This document shows, piece by piece, positions 19,186 to 27,729 of a stretch of DNA of 64,000 nt. Numbering within the stretch: the stretch's first letter is position 1; each line of letters opens with the position of its first letter. Under the pieces are notes generated by a model. The model worked only from the letters and a program-made list of their open reading frames with translations, did not search any database and was not told the origin of the DNA. This DNA comes from Candidatus Eiseniibacteriota bacterium (GTDB lineage: Bacteria > Arandabacterota > Arandabacteria > Arandabacterales > Arandabacteraceae): NCBI GenBank assembly GCA_043808325.1, contig JAZDEY010000044.1:89943-153942 (forward strand), in the 5' to 3' direction. A program made the translations under genes and the position numbers.

Positions 19186-19208
19186 TCGGGCTCAGGCTTC
19201 GATCTGAA

Positions 19209-19246
19209 GGCAGTGACCCAAGGGTCGCTGCCTTCTGCTTTTCCTT
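19209..19246 (+). terminator. rho-independent terminator after pilA
   Basis: GGCAGTGACCC-AA-GGGTCGCTGCC forms an 11-bp stem (one G·U pair) followed by a TTCTGCTTTTCCTTT U-rich tract. Confidence 0.6.
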
Positions 19247-19343
19247 TACCTGCCTAAAGTGAGGCCTCCAACCTGCCGATTATACTTGACACATCCCTGA
19301 TTCTTTTGGATTCTCAAAGCGCAACCCCGTGGAGGGCCAGACG

Positions 19344-20507
19344 ATGCCGGTGCTTGACTTTGAAGGTGTCTCGAAGGTCTTCAAGTCGAGCCTGAGAGGC
19401 AGATACCTTTATACTCTCGGGCCTCTTACCTTTGAGATCCAGGAAGGCGAGATCTTCGGCTACTTGGGCCCCAATGGTGCCGGCAAGACAACCACAATAA
19501 AGCTCGCCATGGGCCTGCTCAAACCGACCTCGGGAAGGATACTGCTGTTCGGAGACCCGTCGAATTCGACCGAGGCGAGGAGCCGAATAGGTTTTCTACC
19601 GGAGCAGCCCTATTTCTATCAGCACTTGAGTGCCTTCGAGCTGCTGGAGTTCTATGGGGACATCTTTGGGCTCTCGCGCGCCGAGATCCGCCGCAGAGCC
19701 GACCAGCTCCTGGAGATAGTCGGTCTCAAGGAATCGAGGAATACCACTATCTCCAAGTTCTCGAAAGGCATGCTCCAGAGAATCGGACTCGCCCAGGCTC
19801 TGGTCAATGATCCCGATCTCATTGTTCTCGACGAGCCTCTTTCCGGTCTTGACCCGGTCGGGCGGCGTGAAATCAGGGATCTCATCATCGATCTCAAAGC
19901 AAGGGGCAAGACGGTCTTCTTCAGCTCCCACATCCTTCAGGACGTGGAGATGATCTGCGATCGTGTCGGGATAATCTCTGCCGGCAGGATACTCAAGATA
20001 ACCAGCGTGGCCGAAGTGCTGGAGAAGAGCGTACGGTGGATTGAGGTCGAGGTAGCCGGTCTGCCGGTTGAGAGGGTCAGGGCCCTTGGCCTGACCGACG
20101 TCACCACCCTGAGCGACAAGACCGTGATCCACGTCGCCCACGAGGACCAGCTCAATGGCACGATCAGCAAGTTGATCGCAGCCGGGGCAAGAATAGCTGC
20201 GGTGATTCCGATGAGACTTACGCTCGAGGACTACTTCATGAGCCAGATTGCCGAGGGTGGGGATACCCGGGTCCGCGGCGGTCCGGGCGATGGCCCGGAT
20301 CACCTGAAACCCGACAACGTGAGGGGCGGTCTCCACGATTCCGACAGTCGATATCGAAACTGTCGCAGTCTCAAGCGCCGCAGCGGTGTCGATCGTAACT
20401 GCGCCGGCGCGGACTCCGGCAGCCGCAATCACAACGGTCAAAATCACGGGAACTGCACTACATCGGGTCAGGACAGCTGCTCTGCCTCGATGGGGAAAAG
20501 GGCGTGA
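19344..20507 (+). CDS. ABC transporter ATP-binding protein (ABC-2 type) with about 80-aa low-complexity C-terminal extension
   Basis: Walker A GPNGAGKTT, signature LSGG-like FSKGMLQR, and Walker B LIVLDEPLSGLD. The conserved domain ends near ...MSQIAEGG at about 20240, but the frame stays open to 20507 through a G/D/R/S/N-rich tail. Confidence 0.75.
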   Translation: MPVLDFEGVSKVFKSSLRGRYLYTLGPLTFEIQEGEIFGYLGPNGAGKTTTIKLAMGLLKPTSGRILLFGDPSNSTEARSRIGFLPEQPYFYQHLSAFELLEFYGDIFGLSRAEIRRRADQLLEIVGLKESRNTTISKFSKGMLQRIGLAQALVNDPDLIVLDEPLSGLDPVGRREIRDLIIDLKARGKTVFFSSHILQDVEMICDRVGIISAGRILKITSVAEVLEKSVRWIEVEVAGLPVERVRALGLTDVTTLSDKTVIHVAHEDQLNGTISKLIAAGARIAAVIPMRLTLEDYFMSQIAEGGDTRVRGGPGDGPDHLKPDNVRGGLHDSDSRYRNCRSLKRRSGVDRNCAGADSGSRNHNGQNHGNCTTSGQDSCSASMGKRA

Positions 20508-21283
20508 CGTCAATGACCGCGAGGGTGCTCGGCATAGCCAGGAATACCTTCAGGGAAGGGGTAAGGGACAGGCTTTTCCTGGCGATCGGCGTTTTCGCCG
20601 TTTTCGTGCTCGGAAGCAGCCTGGTGATCGGCCCGATTTCTCTGGGGGAGCAGGTGCGCATCACCCAGGACCTGGGGCTCGCCGCTATCTCGGTCCTGAG
20701 CTTCATGATTGCAGTCCTCGTGGGCACAAGCATTGTCCACCGGGAGATCGACAGGCGGACGATTTACACCGTAATCTCCAAACCGGTTGCGAGGTGGCAG
20801 TTCATCTTAGGCAAGTTCCTGGGACTGATTACCACCGTCAGCCTGCTCCTGGGCGGCATGACCGTGCTCTTTGTGGCAATCAATCTGATCGTTGCCGGAT
20901 CTTTCAATTCGCAGCTTCTCGTCGCGATTCTGCTTACCTGGATGGAAATGGTGCTCCTGACGGCACTTTCGGTGCTGATGTCGACCATCGCCTCCCCGAT
21001 TCTGGGTGCGATCTTCTCGTTGCTCCTCTACGTGATAGGTCATGCCTCGGCCGATGTCAAAGACCTGGCGGTGAGATTCGGTTCGGGAACGCTCAGGGCC
21101 ATAAGCGATGTAGTTTACTATGCCCTGCCTAACCTCGAATATCTGAACGTGAGAAGCAAGGTCACCCATGGCGTACAGATCGACATTGCATATGTGGCGT
21201 TTGCGTCCTCGTATGCGCTGCTCTACTCACTTGCATTCCTCGTGGTGGCGGTTCTGGTGTTCGAGAGGAAGGAATTCAGGTGA
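20504..21283 (+). CDS. ABC-2 family transporter permease
   Basis: Six predicted membrane helices. The N-terminus LGIARNTFREGVRDRLFL is typical of ABC-2 permeases. It is translationally coupled to the upstream ATPase. Confidence 0.7.
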   Translation: MTSMTARVLGIARNTFREGVRDRLFLAIGVFAVFVLGSSLVIGPISLGEQVRITQDLGLAAISVLSFMIAVLVGTSIVHREIDRRTIYTVISKPVARWQFILGKFLGLITTVSLLLGGMTVLFVAINLIVAGSFNSQLLVAILLTWMEMVLLTALSVLMSTIASPILGAIFSLLLYVIGHASADVKDLAVRFGSGTLRAISDVVYYALPNLEYLNVRSKVTHGVQIDIAYVAFASSYALLYSLAFLVVAVLVFERKEFR

Positions 21284-22323
21284 AGAAGTCTTCTTTGCTG
21301 CCGTTGCTGTCTCTCTTGGTTATCGCAGTTATCGCGATTTACGCGATCGGCCCGGGGCTCGACCAGCGGCGCTATTCGAACGATGTGATCGAGGAGCTCA
21401 CCTATTTCCCATCCGGCAGGATGCTTCAGGTGGCGGACCTCGGCTTTGGCTCGCTCCTGGCCGACGCGATGTGGCTCCGCGGGATCCAATACTATGGGGA
21501 GCACCGGAGGACCGATCGGGAATACCCTTTGGCGGAACACATCTTCTCGACGATCACCAATCTTGACCCCGGATTCATCGGCGCATACAGGTTTGGCGCT
21601 CTGGTGCTCGCGGAAGACGCGGGTACCCCCGCGGGGGCCATCGATCTATTGAGGAAGGGCATAAGAAGCAACCCTGAAAGCTGGGAGATCCCTTTCGATC
21701 TCGGCTTCATCTACTTCATGAATCTCGGCGACTATCGGAGAGCGGCCCACTACTTCAGGATGGCTTCACGCTATGAAGGAGCTCCCGACATTGCCAAGCG
21801 TTTCACTGCATTTGCATATCGCAGGGCAGGAAGAACGGACATCGCAGAGGAGCTCTGGGAGGGGATCTGCCGCTCCAGCCAGAACAAGCTGATGAGGGAA
21901 AGCGCGGAACTGGCGCTCAAGGACATTGCGCTCGAGAAGACCGCTGCAGCGTTGGGGGAGGAGGTCAAGCGTTACGTCCTGTCCTTCGGCAGATCGCCTC
22001 AAGATCTCGCCGAACTGGTTCGTGCCGGTCTGGTAAGCGAGATCCCGCACGATCCCTTCGGGGGAAGCTATTTCCTTGATCCCTCGACCGGCTGCGTCCT
22101 GAGCACCACGAGCGTGATGCGCGAGGGCGCTGCGAAGAAGACCTACCTCGAGAGGAGAATCAGGCAGTTCGCCGATCGCAACGGCCGCCTGCCCCAGTCA
22201 CTGGACGAGCTCAAGACGCAGGGTTTCGTTGTCGAAATACCTAGAGTGGCCGGCGCCAGGGTCGGATACGACCCGGCAACCGGCCGCGTGACCTATGAAT
22301 CACTCTGGAAAGAAGCTAGGTAA
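21280..22323 (+). CDS. membrane-anchored helical-repeat protein with two C-terminal type II secretion GspG-like (pseudopilin C-terminal) motifs
   Basis: N-terminal signal anchor (LLPLLSLLVIAVIAIYAI), a TPR-like helical middle region, then PQDLAELVRAGLVSEIPHDPFGGSYFLDP and PQSLDELKTQGFVVEIPRVAGARVGYDPATG. These resemble the GspG/XcpT C-terminal consensus (gYL..lP.DPWGnpY.Y). The GTG start overlaps the permease stop. Confidence 0.5.
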   Translation: MKKSSLLPLLSLLVIAVIAIYAIGPGLDQRRYSNDVIEELTYFPSGRMLQVADLGFGSLLADAMWLRGIQYYGEHRRTDREYPLAEHIFSTITNLDPGFIGAYRFGALVLAEDAGTPAGAIDLLRKGIRSNPESWEIPFDLGFIYFMNLGDYRRAAHYFRMASRYEGAPDIAKRFTAFAYRRAGRTDIAEELWEGICRSSQNKLMRESAELALKDIALEKTAAALGEEVKRYVLSFGRSPQDLAELVRAGLVSEIPHDPFGGSYFLDPSTGCVLSTTSVMREGAAKKTYLERRIRQFADRNGRLPQSLDELKTQGFVVEIPRVAGARVGYDPATGRVTYESLWKEAR

Positions 22324-22949
22324 TGAGACAGCGTCTTCGCCGGCGGCTGGCACGCCTGGGAGCATCCCTTAGCGCGTTCTTCGGGATCAAGCGAAAGGAC
22401 AGACGAAACGTGACTCGTCAGACTTGGAGACTCGATGAGATAAAGGACATCGACAACGTTATCGAGACCTTCAACGGCCTGGTCGCCAGGCTGTGCCACG
22501 ACGGCAATCAGCTGGGGGAGCTTTACGTCAAGGCCGAGGAGAAGGCCGCCAGGTACGCCCTGTTGAGCGAAACCGTGATCGATTCGGTCTCAAGCGGAAT
22601 CCTTGTGATTGAGAGCATGGGCAATGTGGCCCTCGCCAACTCTGCGGCGAGGCTCCTTCTGGGGCTTAACGCCCAGGCGGAAATCGCGGGCAAGAGACTG
22701 GCCGAGATTCTTGATGACTCGGGCGAGCTCGAATCGCTGGTAGCCGAGAACTTCAAGACCTCGACCAACGCCTCAAGGCGAATCATCAATGTCCGGGCGC
22801 GTGGGGGAAGGGAACTGTGTCTGGGCGCCAGCACCTCGTGCGTCAGCTCAGCACCTCCCCGGGTGGATGCCGTGATCGTCGTGTTCACGGAACTCGGGAG
22901 CCGGCCCGATGCCGCCCCTGCTCCGGGTGCGGGTGAGGCCGATCGGTGA
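22323..22949 (+). CDS. stand-alone PAS-domain protein
   Basis: Arg-rich N-terminus and a PAS-like core (TVIDSVSSGILVIESMGNVALANSAARLLLGL...GKRLAEIL ... VIVVFTELG). The ATG overlaps the upstream TAA. Confidence 0.45.
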   Translation: MRQRLRRRLARLGASLSAFFGIKRKDRRNVTRQTWRLDEIKDIDNVIETFNGLVARLCHDGNQLGELYVKAEEKAARYALLSETVIDSVSSGILVIESMGNVALANSAARLLLGLNAQAEIAGKRLAEILDDSGELESLVAENFKTSTNASRRIINVRARGGRELCLGASTSCVSSAPPRVDAVIVVFTELGSRPDAAPAPGAGEADR

Positions 22950-23233
22950 GTCCCTGAGGGAGTTCCGATCCGACCAGGACCTCCGCAGGGAGGCGGGCCT
23001 GATGCTCTTGAGGTCGCTTTCCTCTGAGAACCACCGGGTCGCCCTGGACGAACGAGAAGGCAACCTGGTTGTCCGGATCGTTTTCGCGGCGCCTGTCAAG
23101 CATGGCAAGCCGGCAGGGCCTGCCGCCCAGCGAGGCGACGCTTCTGAGAGAGGGCCCGATGGGGTTTAGGCGCAAGCCCCTTGCAGAATCAGAGGTCTGG
23201 TGTTGCATATTGGAATTGGCCTGTCGATTAAGC

Positions 23234-23262
23234 TTGACAGCTTTAGGAGGAAATCACATACT
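23234..23262 (+). promoter_or_regulatory. candidate sigma-70 promoter for the pilMNOPQ operon
   Basis: TTGACA (23234-23239), a 17-nt spacer, then CATACT (23257-23262), about 100 nt upstream of pilM. Confidence 0.35.
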
Positions 23263-23365
23263 CTGGGCGTTTTTCAACAAAGGGTCTGGGCATGATGGTT
23301 GCTTTTCTCCCGTATCTGCGTGTTGCGCTCTCGACCAGTTTCGGCATTACGAAGGGGTGTAGAAG

Positions 23366-24412
23366 ATGCCGCTAATTGCCAAGAAACATAAGACCAGCGT
23401 AGGGCTTGATGTGGGCAGCTACGCCATCAAAGTGATCGAAATGAAGCGTGCTGCCGACAAGAACGAGATTGTCAAGGTCGGTATCAAGAAGCTCTTTCCC
23501 GGTGCGATCGTGGATGGCGAGCCGATGGACCGAGATGCAGTGATCTCAGCCATCAAGGAAGTCTATGAGGAGGAAGGCATCGTCAATAATGAGGTTGCCA
23601 GTGCGGTCTGCGGTAGGTCGGTGATAGTAAAGAAGATAAGAATGCAGGATATGGATGATGACACCGCTCGGGACGTGATTCCTCTCGAAGCCGAGCAGTA
23701 CGTGCCGTTCGAAAAGGAAGAGCTGACCGTTGATTTTGAGATCCTGAGGAGGGGGCTGCCCGGGGACACCATGGAAGTTCTGCTTGTTGCGGCAAAGAAA
23801 GAGAAAGTGCTCTCCCACGTGGAGCTGTTGCGGGATGCAGGACTGGTGCCCACAATCATAGACGTCGATGCCTTCGCAGTGCAGAATGCTTTCGAGCTCA
23901 ATTATGAATACGAAGAGGGTAAGGTCTATGCGCTTATAGATATAGGTCTTAGCGCGACCAACATTGGGATCGTTCGTGACGGCATACCGCTCTTTAACAG
24001 GGACGTACCGCTTGGCGGCGAGACCTTCGTCGAGGGCATGCAGCGAATGTTCGGTGTGACCTCGGAGGAAGGCCGGGCAGCGCTCGAGGGACTTCCCGGG
24101 TCCAAGCCGGACATGGTACTGAAGGCGATCGAATCGGTCGGCGAGGACCTCAGCGTAGCGATCGAGCGCTCCTTCTCTCACCTGCGGGCTTCCGGTGAGG
24201 CCGAGTCGGTTGACCGGATCTTCATAAGTGGGGGCGGGGCGCGCATTTCAGGCCTGCAGTCCTTCCTGGCAGAGAAACTGTCTGTTCCTGTTGACATAGC
24301 GAATCCGCTGCGCGGGTTGACATTCAGCGAGGACGTCTTGGGCGCGGATCCGATTGCCATTGGGCCGTCTCTGATGGTTGCGATCGGGCTCGCAACAAGA
24401 AAAGGGAGCTAG
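23366..24412 (+). CDS. pilM: type IV pilus assembly protein PilM (actin-like ATPase fold)
   Basis: N-terminus VGLDVGSYAIKVIEM, about 350 aa, a C-terminal IGLATR motif. First gene of the pilMNOPQ order. Confidence 0.9.
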   Translation: MPLIAKKHKTSVGLDVGSYAIKVIEMKRAADKNEIVKVGIKKLFPGAIVDGEPMDRDAVISAIKEVYEEEGIVNNEVASAVCGRSVIVKKIRMQDMDDDTARDVIPLEAEQYVPFEKEELTVDFEILRRGLPGDTMEVLLVAAKKEKVLSHVELLRDAGLVPTIIDVDAFAVQNAFELNYEYEEGKVYALIDIGLSATNIGIVRDGIPLFNRDVPLGGETFVEGMQRMFGVTSEEGRAALEGLPGSKPDMVLKAIESVGEDLSVAIERSFSHLRASGEAESVDRIFISGGGARISGLQSFLAEKLSVPVDIANPLRGLTFSEDVLGADPIAIGPSLMVAIGLATRKGS

Positions 24413-24415
24413 CCT

Positions 24416-25042
24416 ATGATAAGAATAAACCTCCTGCCGAAAGAGGAAAAGCCCTCTAGAGAGGCCTTGCAGTGGAGCCGGATATTTATCTGGTCGCTAA
24501 TAGGCGCCGCACTAGTGGTGATCGTAGGTGTTGGCTTCCATATTTACCGCACCTATGAGATTGCGGCGCTCAAGGCGGATATCGCCGAGACGCGGCGCGA
24601 GCTTGCGAAATACGAGGGCCAGGCCGCGCTTGTGAGAGACCTTACAGCGAAGCGTCAGGCGATCCAACAGCGAATAGATGTGATAGAGAACCTCGACCGG
24701 GATCGCTTCTTGAGAGTATATCTCCTGGATGAGCTTGCACGATCGGTGCCCGAATATATTTGGATCGAGGAATGTGCAGAGAAGGCCGGCACCGTCAGCC
24801 TCAAGGGGGTGGCGTTCTCGAACCTGGCAGTTTCCCAATTGATGGATGATCTCGAGGCCAAGGCCCACGCTGACTCGGTCACACTGCGAATCATAAGGAA
24901 AGAAGAGGTAGACAACCAACCTGTGCTTGGTTTTGAACTCAGATACAATATCCCTGCGGTCCAGATCATCAAGGCTCCGGCGGCCGGAACCTCGGGCAAA
25001 GCCCCGGCAAGCAAGGCCCGGGGGGGAGCGAAGAGCTCATGA
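24416..25042 (+). CDS. pilN: type IV pilus assembly protein PilN
   Basis: MIRINLLPKEE... (PilN signature INLLP), a single membrane helix and a coiled-coil periplasmic domain. Confidence 0.8.
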   Translation: MIRINLLPKEEKPSREALQWSRIFIWSLIGAALVVIVGVGFHIYRTYEIAALKADIAETRRELAKYEGQAALVRDLTAKRQAIQQRIDVIENLDRDRFLRVYLLDELARSVPEYIWIEECAEKAGTVSLKGVAFSNLAVSQLMDDLEAKAHADSVTLRIIRKEEVDNQPVLGFELRYNIPAVQIIKAPAAGTSGKAPASKARGGAKSS

Positions 25043-25683
25043 ACCTAAGACAACCACATACGCAGAGAGGCATAGCCGGCATTCTTCTGGTGATCGTGCT
25101 GATATGGCTGATATTCTTCACAAGCTATCTTCCGTTCTCTCCGAAACGCACTTCGGACCAGTTGGCTAGGTTCAAGGATGAGCTCCAGCTCACCGCCGGT
25201 GAGCTTCAGCGAGCCAAAAGTGTCGCAGAGAGTATCCCGAGGCTCCAGATGGAGCTCTCTCAGATGCAAAGCAAGTGGGAGTCGCTTAAGAGCCTGCTGC
25301 CAAAAGCGACGGATATGAGCAAGCTCCTTACTGAGGTAACCACTTCGGGGCTGCGGGCAGGAGTCCAGTTCACCCTCTTTGAGCCGCAGCCGCCTGAGCC
25401 TGCCGAGTTGTATACAAGGTATCCCATAAAGGTGACCGTCAATGGCGGCTATCACCAGGTGGGCGGTTTCTTCGATAACATCTGTAACATGGAGAGACTG
25501 GTCGGAATCTCCGACGTGAAGCTTGCCCAGTTTGAGAAAGGGCAGACCACTTCTACCGTCGAAGCGACCGTAACGATTTCGGCTTACACCTACAACGAGG
25601 AACCCAGAAAGATCGAACAGCCTCAAGCATCGCCTAACCAGAAGGCTGCCGCCAAGCAGCCGACCAAGAAGCCAAAGGAGTAA
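25039..25683 (+). CDS. pilO: type IV pilus assembly protein PilO
   Basis: A single N-terminal membrane helix, a coiled coil and a ferredoxin-like periplasmic domain. Its position between pilN and pilP supports the call. Confidence 0.75.
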   Translation: MNLRQPHTQRGIAGILLVIVLIWLIFFTSYLPFSPKRTSDQLARFKDELQLTAGELQRAKSVAESIPRLQMELSQMQSKWESLKSLLPKATDMSKLLTEVTTSGLRAGVQFTLFEPQPPEPAELYTRYPIKVTVNGGYHQVGGFFDNICNMERLVGISDVKLAQFEKGQTTSTVEATVTISAYTYNEEPRKIEQPQASPNQKAAAKQPTKKPKE

Positions 25684-25689
25684 GACCAT

Positions 25690-26412
25690 ATGCAGGTCAA
25701 ACGGTCGAATATTCTCAGGCATTTTCGAGGAAGGCGCATGATCCCGCTCTTGGCAGCGGCCGGGATTATGGTTTTTGCCCTTGGCGGCTACAAGGGAATC
25801 ATGAGTTTCGCGATGGATGAGATGACCGGATTCCTCGGGGGTACGGGCAGTCCTGGAGACGAGGACCTGCTTGCCCAAGCCGGTAGTCCTAAGGCCGCAC
25901 CCGCGGCCAAGGCGGAACCTGCCAGGCAAATGGTTACGCCGAAAGAGCGGACCGCTGAGCGCCAGGCTTCCAAACCTGTCGTGGCAGTTGTGGCCCAGGC
26001 CCAGAGCGGCAGGCAGTCGGCTCCCGCGCAGCCGAGCCCACGGTCGGCAAGTCAGGCGTCCCCCGCTCCTCAAACGGCTGGCGGAGACAGCGTCGCCGTG
26101 AGGAAGATAATGAAGGTTTACACGGCATCTTTTCTCAGGGATCCTTTCTACTCACTCGTTCAGGCGGGCAAGGACAGGCCTACCAAGCTTCTTGACCTCG
26201 CCCGTGCCAAGATGGTGGGATCGGTGTGGGGTGAATCTGGCATCATAGCGCTCTTGGAGGACGATACGGGCCGGAGCTATGCCCTTAAGGTCGGCGATCG
26301 GGTGGTCAATGGAAGGGTGATCGCAGTGACTCCGGCTTCAATAACGTTTTCGATAACGACGTTTGGGCTTACGAAGACCGTAACCTTGGAACTTGCAGAA
26401 GAGGGTGAATGA
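25690..26412 (+). CDS. pilP: type IV pilus assembly protein PilP-like
   Basis: Signal anchor, an A/P/Q-rich linker, and a C-terminal beta domain (VGDRVVNGRVIAVTPASITFS). It overlaps the pilQ start. Confidence 0.65.
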   Translation: MQVKRSNILRHFRGRRMIPLLAAAGIMVFALGGYKGIMSFAMDEMTGFLGGTGSPGDEDLLAQAGSPKAAPAAKAEPARQMVTPKERTAERQASKPVVAVVAQAQSGRQSAPAQPSPRSASQASPAPQTAGGDSVAVRKIMKVYTASFLRDPFYSLVQAGKDRPTKLLDLARAKMVGSVWGESGIIALLEDDTGRSYALKVGDRVVNGRVIAVTPASITFSITTFGLTKTVTLELAEEGE

Positions 26413-27707
26413 TGATGCTAAGACTCAAGTTATCGAGCTATTCCGCGCTGCTGTCCGTCGTGGGTGTGGTGCTTGTTGCTGCTGCTGTGGTGCGTGCCGG
26501 CGTTCCCGAAAGCGAGACCATATCCATGGATTTCCAGAATGCGGACGTCAAGACCGTGCTCCGTAGTTTCTCGGTCTATGCCGGCAAGAACATTATCGCC
26601 GGGCCCGAAGTCAAGGGGCCGATAAATGTTCACCTTGAGAATATCCCATGGAGGAAGGCGCTTGACACGGTGCTCAAGGCGAACGGTTACGGAGCGCTGG
26701 AACAGGACGACGTGATACGCGTCGGGCTGTGGGACCAGTTTGTAAACGAAGAGATCAAGATGGAGGAGGCCCAGCGGAAGAAGGACGATATCAAGCCGCT
26801 GGTGACCAAAGTGGTCGACATTAGTTTCGCAAAGGCTGAGGAAGTCACCACGCCGCTTCAGGGACTCCTGAGCCGCCGCGGAGTCCTCGAAGTCGATGAG
26901 AGGACCAACTCGGTGATCGTCTCCGACATTGAGGAGCGTGTGGAAGAGATATCCAGGATGATCAAGGCCCTGGACAGCCAGACTCCTCAGGTAGAGATTA
27001 CCGCGAAGCTTGTCGACGTGGACGCTCGTTTCACACGGGATCTGGGCATCAAGTGGAACGCGGAGAACATCGCGATCCCCGGGGTCCAGGGTCTACACGG
27101 CATCAATGTCGACGCCACCGGGGCAAGCGAAGGCACGACCGGTGGGACGGAGACCCAGCAGCCCGAGGCCAAACTGACGATCGGTACTATCTTGGGGCCT
27201 AACGGCAGTTTTGACGCCACGATCCAGGCACTTGAGCGAGAGAACAAGGCGAACATAATCTCCAATCCCAGAATCACCACCTTGAATAACCGCGAAGCGA
27301 CCATCATTGTCGGCAAGAAGATTCCTCTGATCGTTACCGATGAGGCGGGAAATCCGATCACCCAGCTGACTACGGTCGGCGTCCAGATGCGGGTCACCCC
27401 GCACGTCAACAGCAAGACCGGCGAGATAACGATGGATCTCCATCCTGAAGTCAGCGACCTTTCCGCGCAGGCCACGGTCCAGGGTGGAATCATAATCGTC
27501 ACCGAGGAAGCGGACACCCGTGTGATGGTTAAGAACGGCGAGACAGCCGTTATCGGCGGCCTGATAAGAAGCAACGAGAGTTACTTCAAGACCGGCGTGC
27601 CCATACTTAGAAGCCTTCCTCTGTTCGGGGCTCTCTTTGGTTCCAACAGCAAAGCCAGCGAGCAGAGAGAACTGCTGATCTTTGTCACTCCAAGGATCGT
27701 TGAGTGA
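26409..27707 (+). CDS. pilQ: type IV pilus secretin PilQ
   Basis: Secretin C-terminal domain (VKNGETAVIGGLIRSNESYFKTGVPILRSLPLFGALFG...LLIFVTPRIV). It is compact at about 430 aa. Confidence 0.85.
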   Translation: MMMLRLKLSSYSALLSVVGVVLVAAAVVRAGVPESETISMDFQNADVKTVLRSFSVYAGKNIIAGPEVKGPINVHLENIPWRKALDTVLKANGYGALEQDDVIRVGLWDQFVNEEIKMEEAQRKKDDIKPLVTKVVDISFAKAEEVTTPLQGLLSRRGVLEVDERTNSVIVSDIEERVEEISRMIKALDSQTPQVEITAKLVDVDARFTRDLGIKWNAENIAIPGVQGLHGINVDATGASEGTTGGTETQQPEAKLTIGTILGPNGSFDATIQALERENKANIISNPRITTLNNREATIIVGKKIPLIVTDEAGNPITQLTTVGVQMRVTPHVNSKTGEITMDLHPEVSDLSAQATVQGGIIIVTEEADTRVMVKNGETAVIGGLIRSNESYFKTGVPILRSLPLFGALFGSNSKASEQRELLIFVTPRIVE

Positions 27708-27729
27708 AAGGCGATTGGGGGTATTTGAG

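Noticed and set aside
20386-21132. A 248-aa alternative-frame ORF spanning the ABC ATPase tail and the permease start.
   Set aside because: It overlaps a permease with clear membrane-helix periodicity, and its Arg/Pro/Gly-rich translation is typical of an off-frame reading of GC-rich coding DNA.
23069-23362. A 97-aa ORF in the PAS-pilM intergenic region.
   Set aside because: There is no RBS, the translation is Cys/Trp-rich and low-complexity-like, and it overlaps the predicted pilM promoter (TTGACA-17-CATACT).
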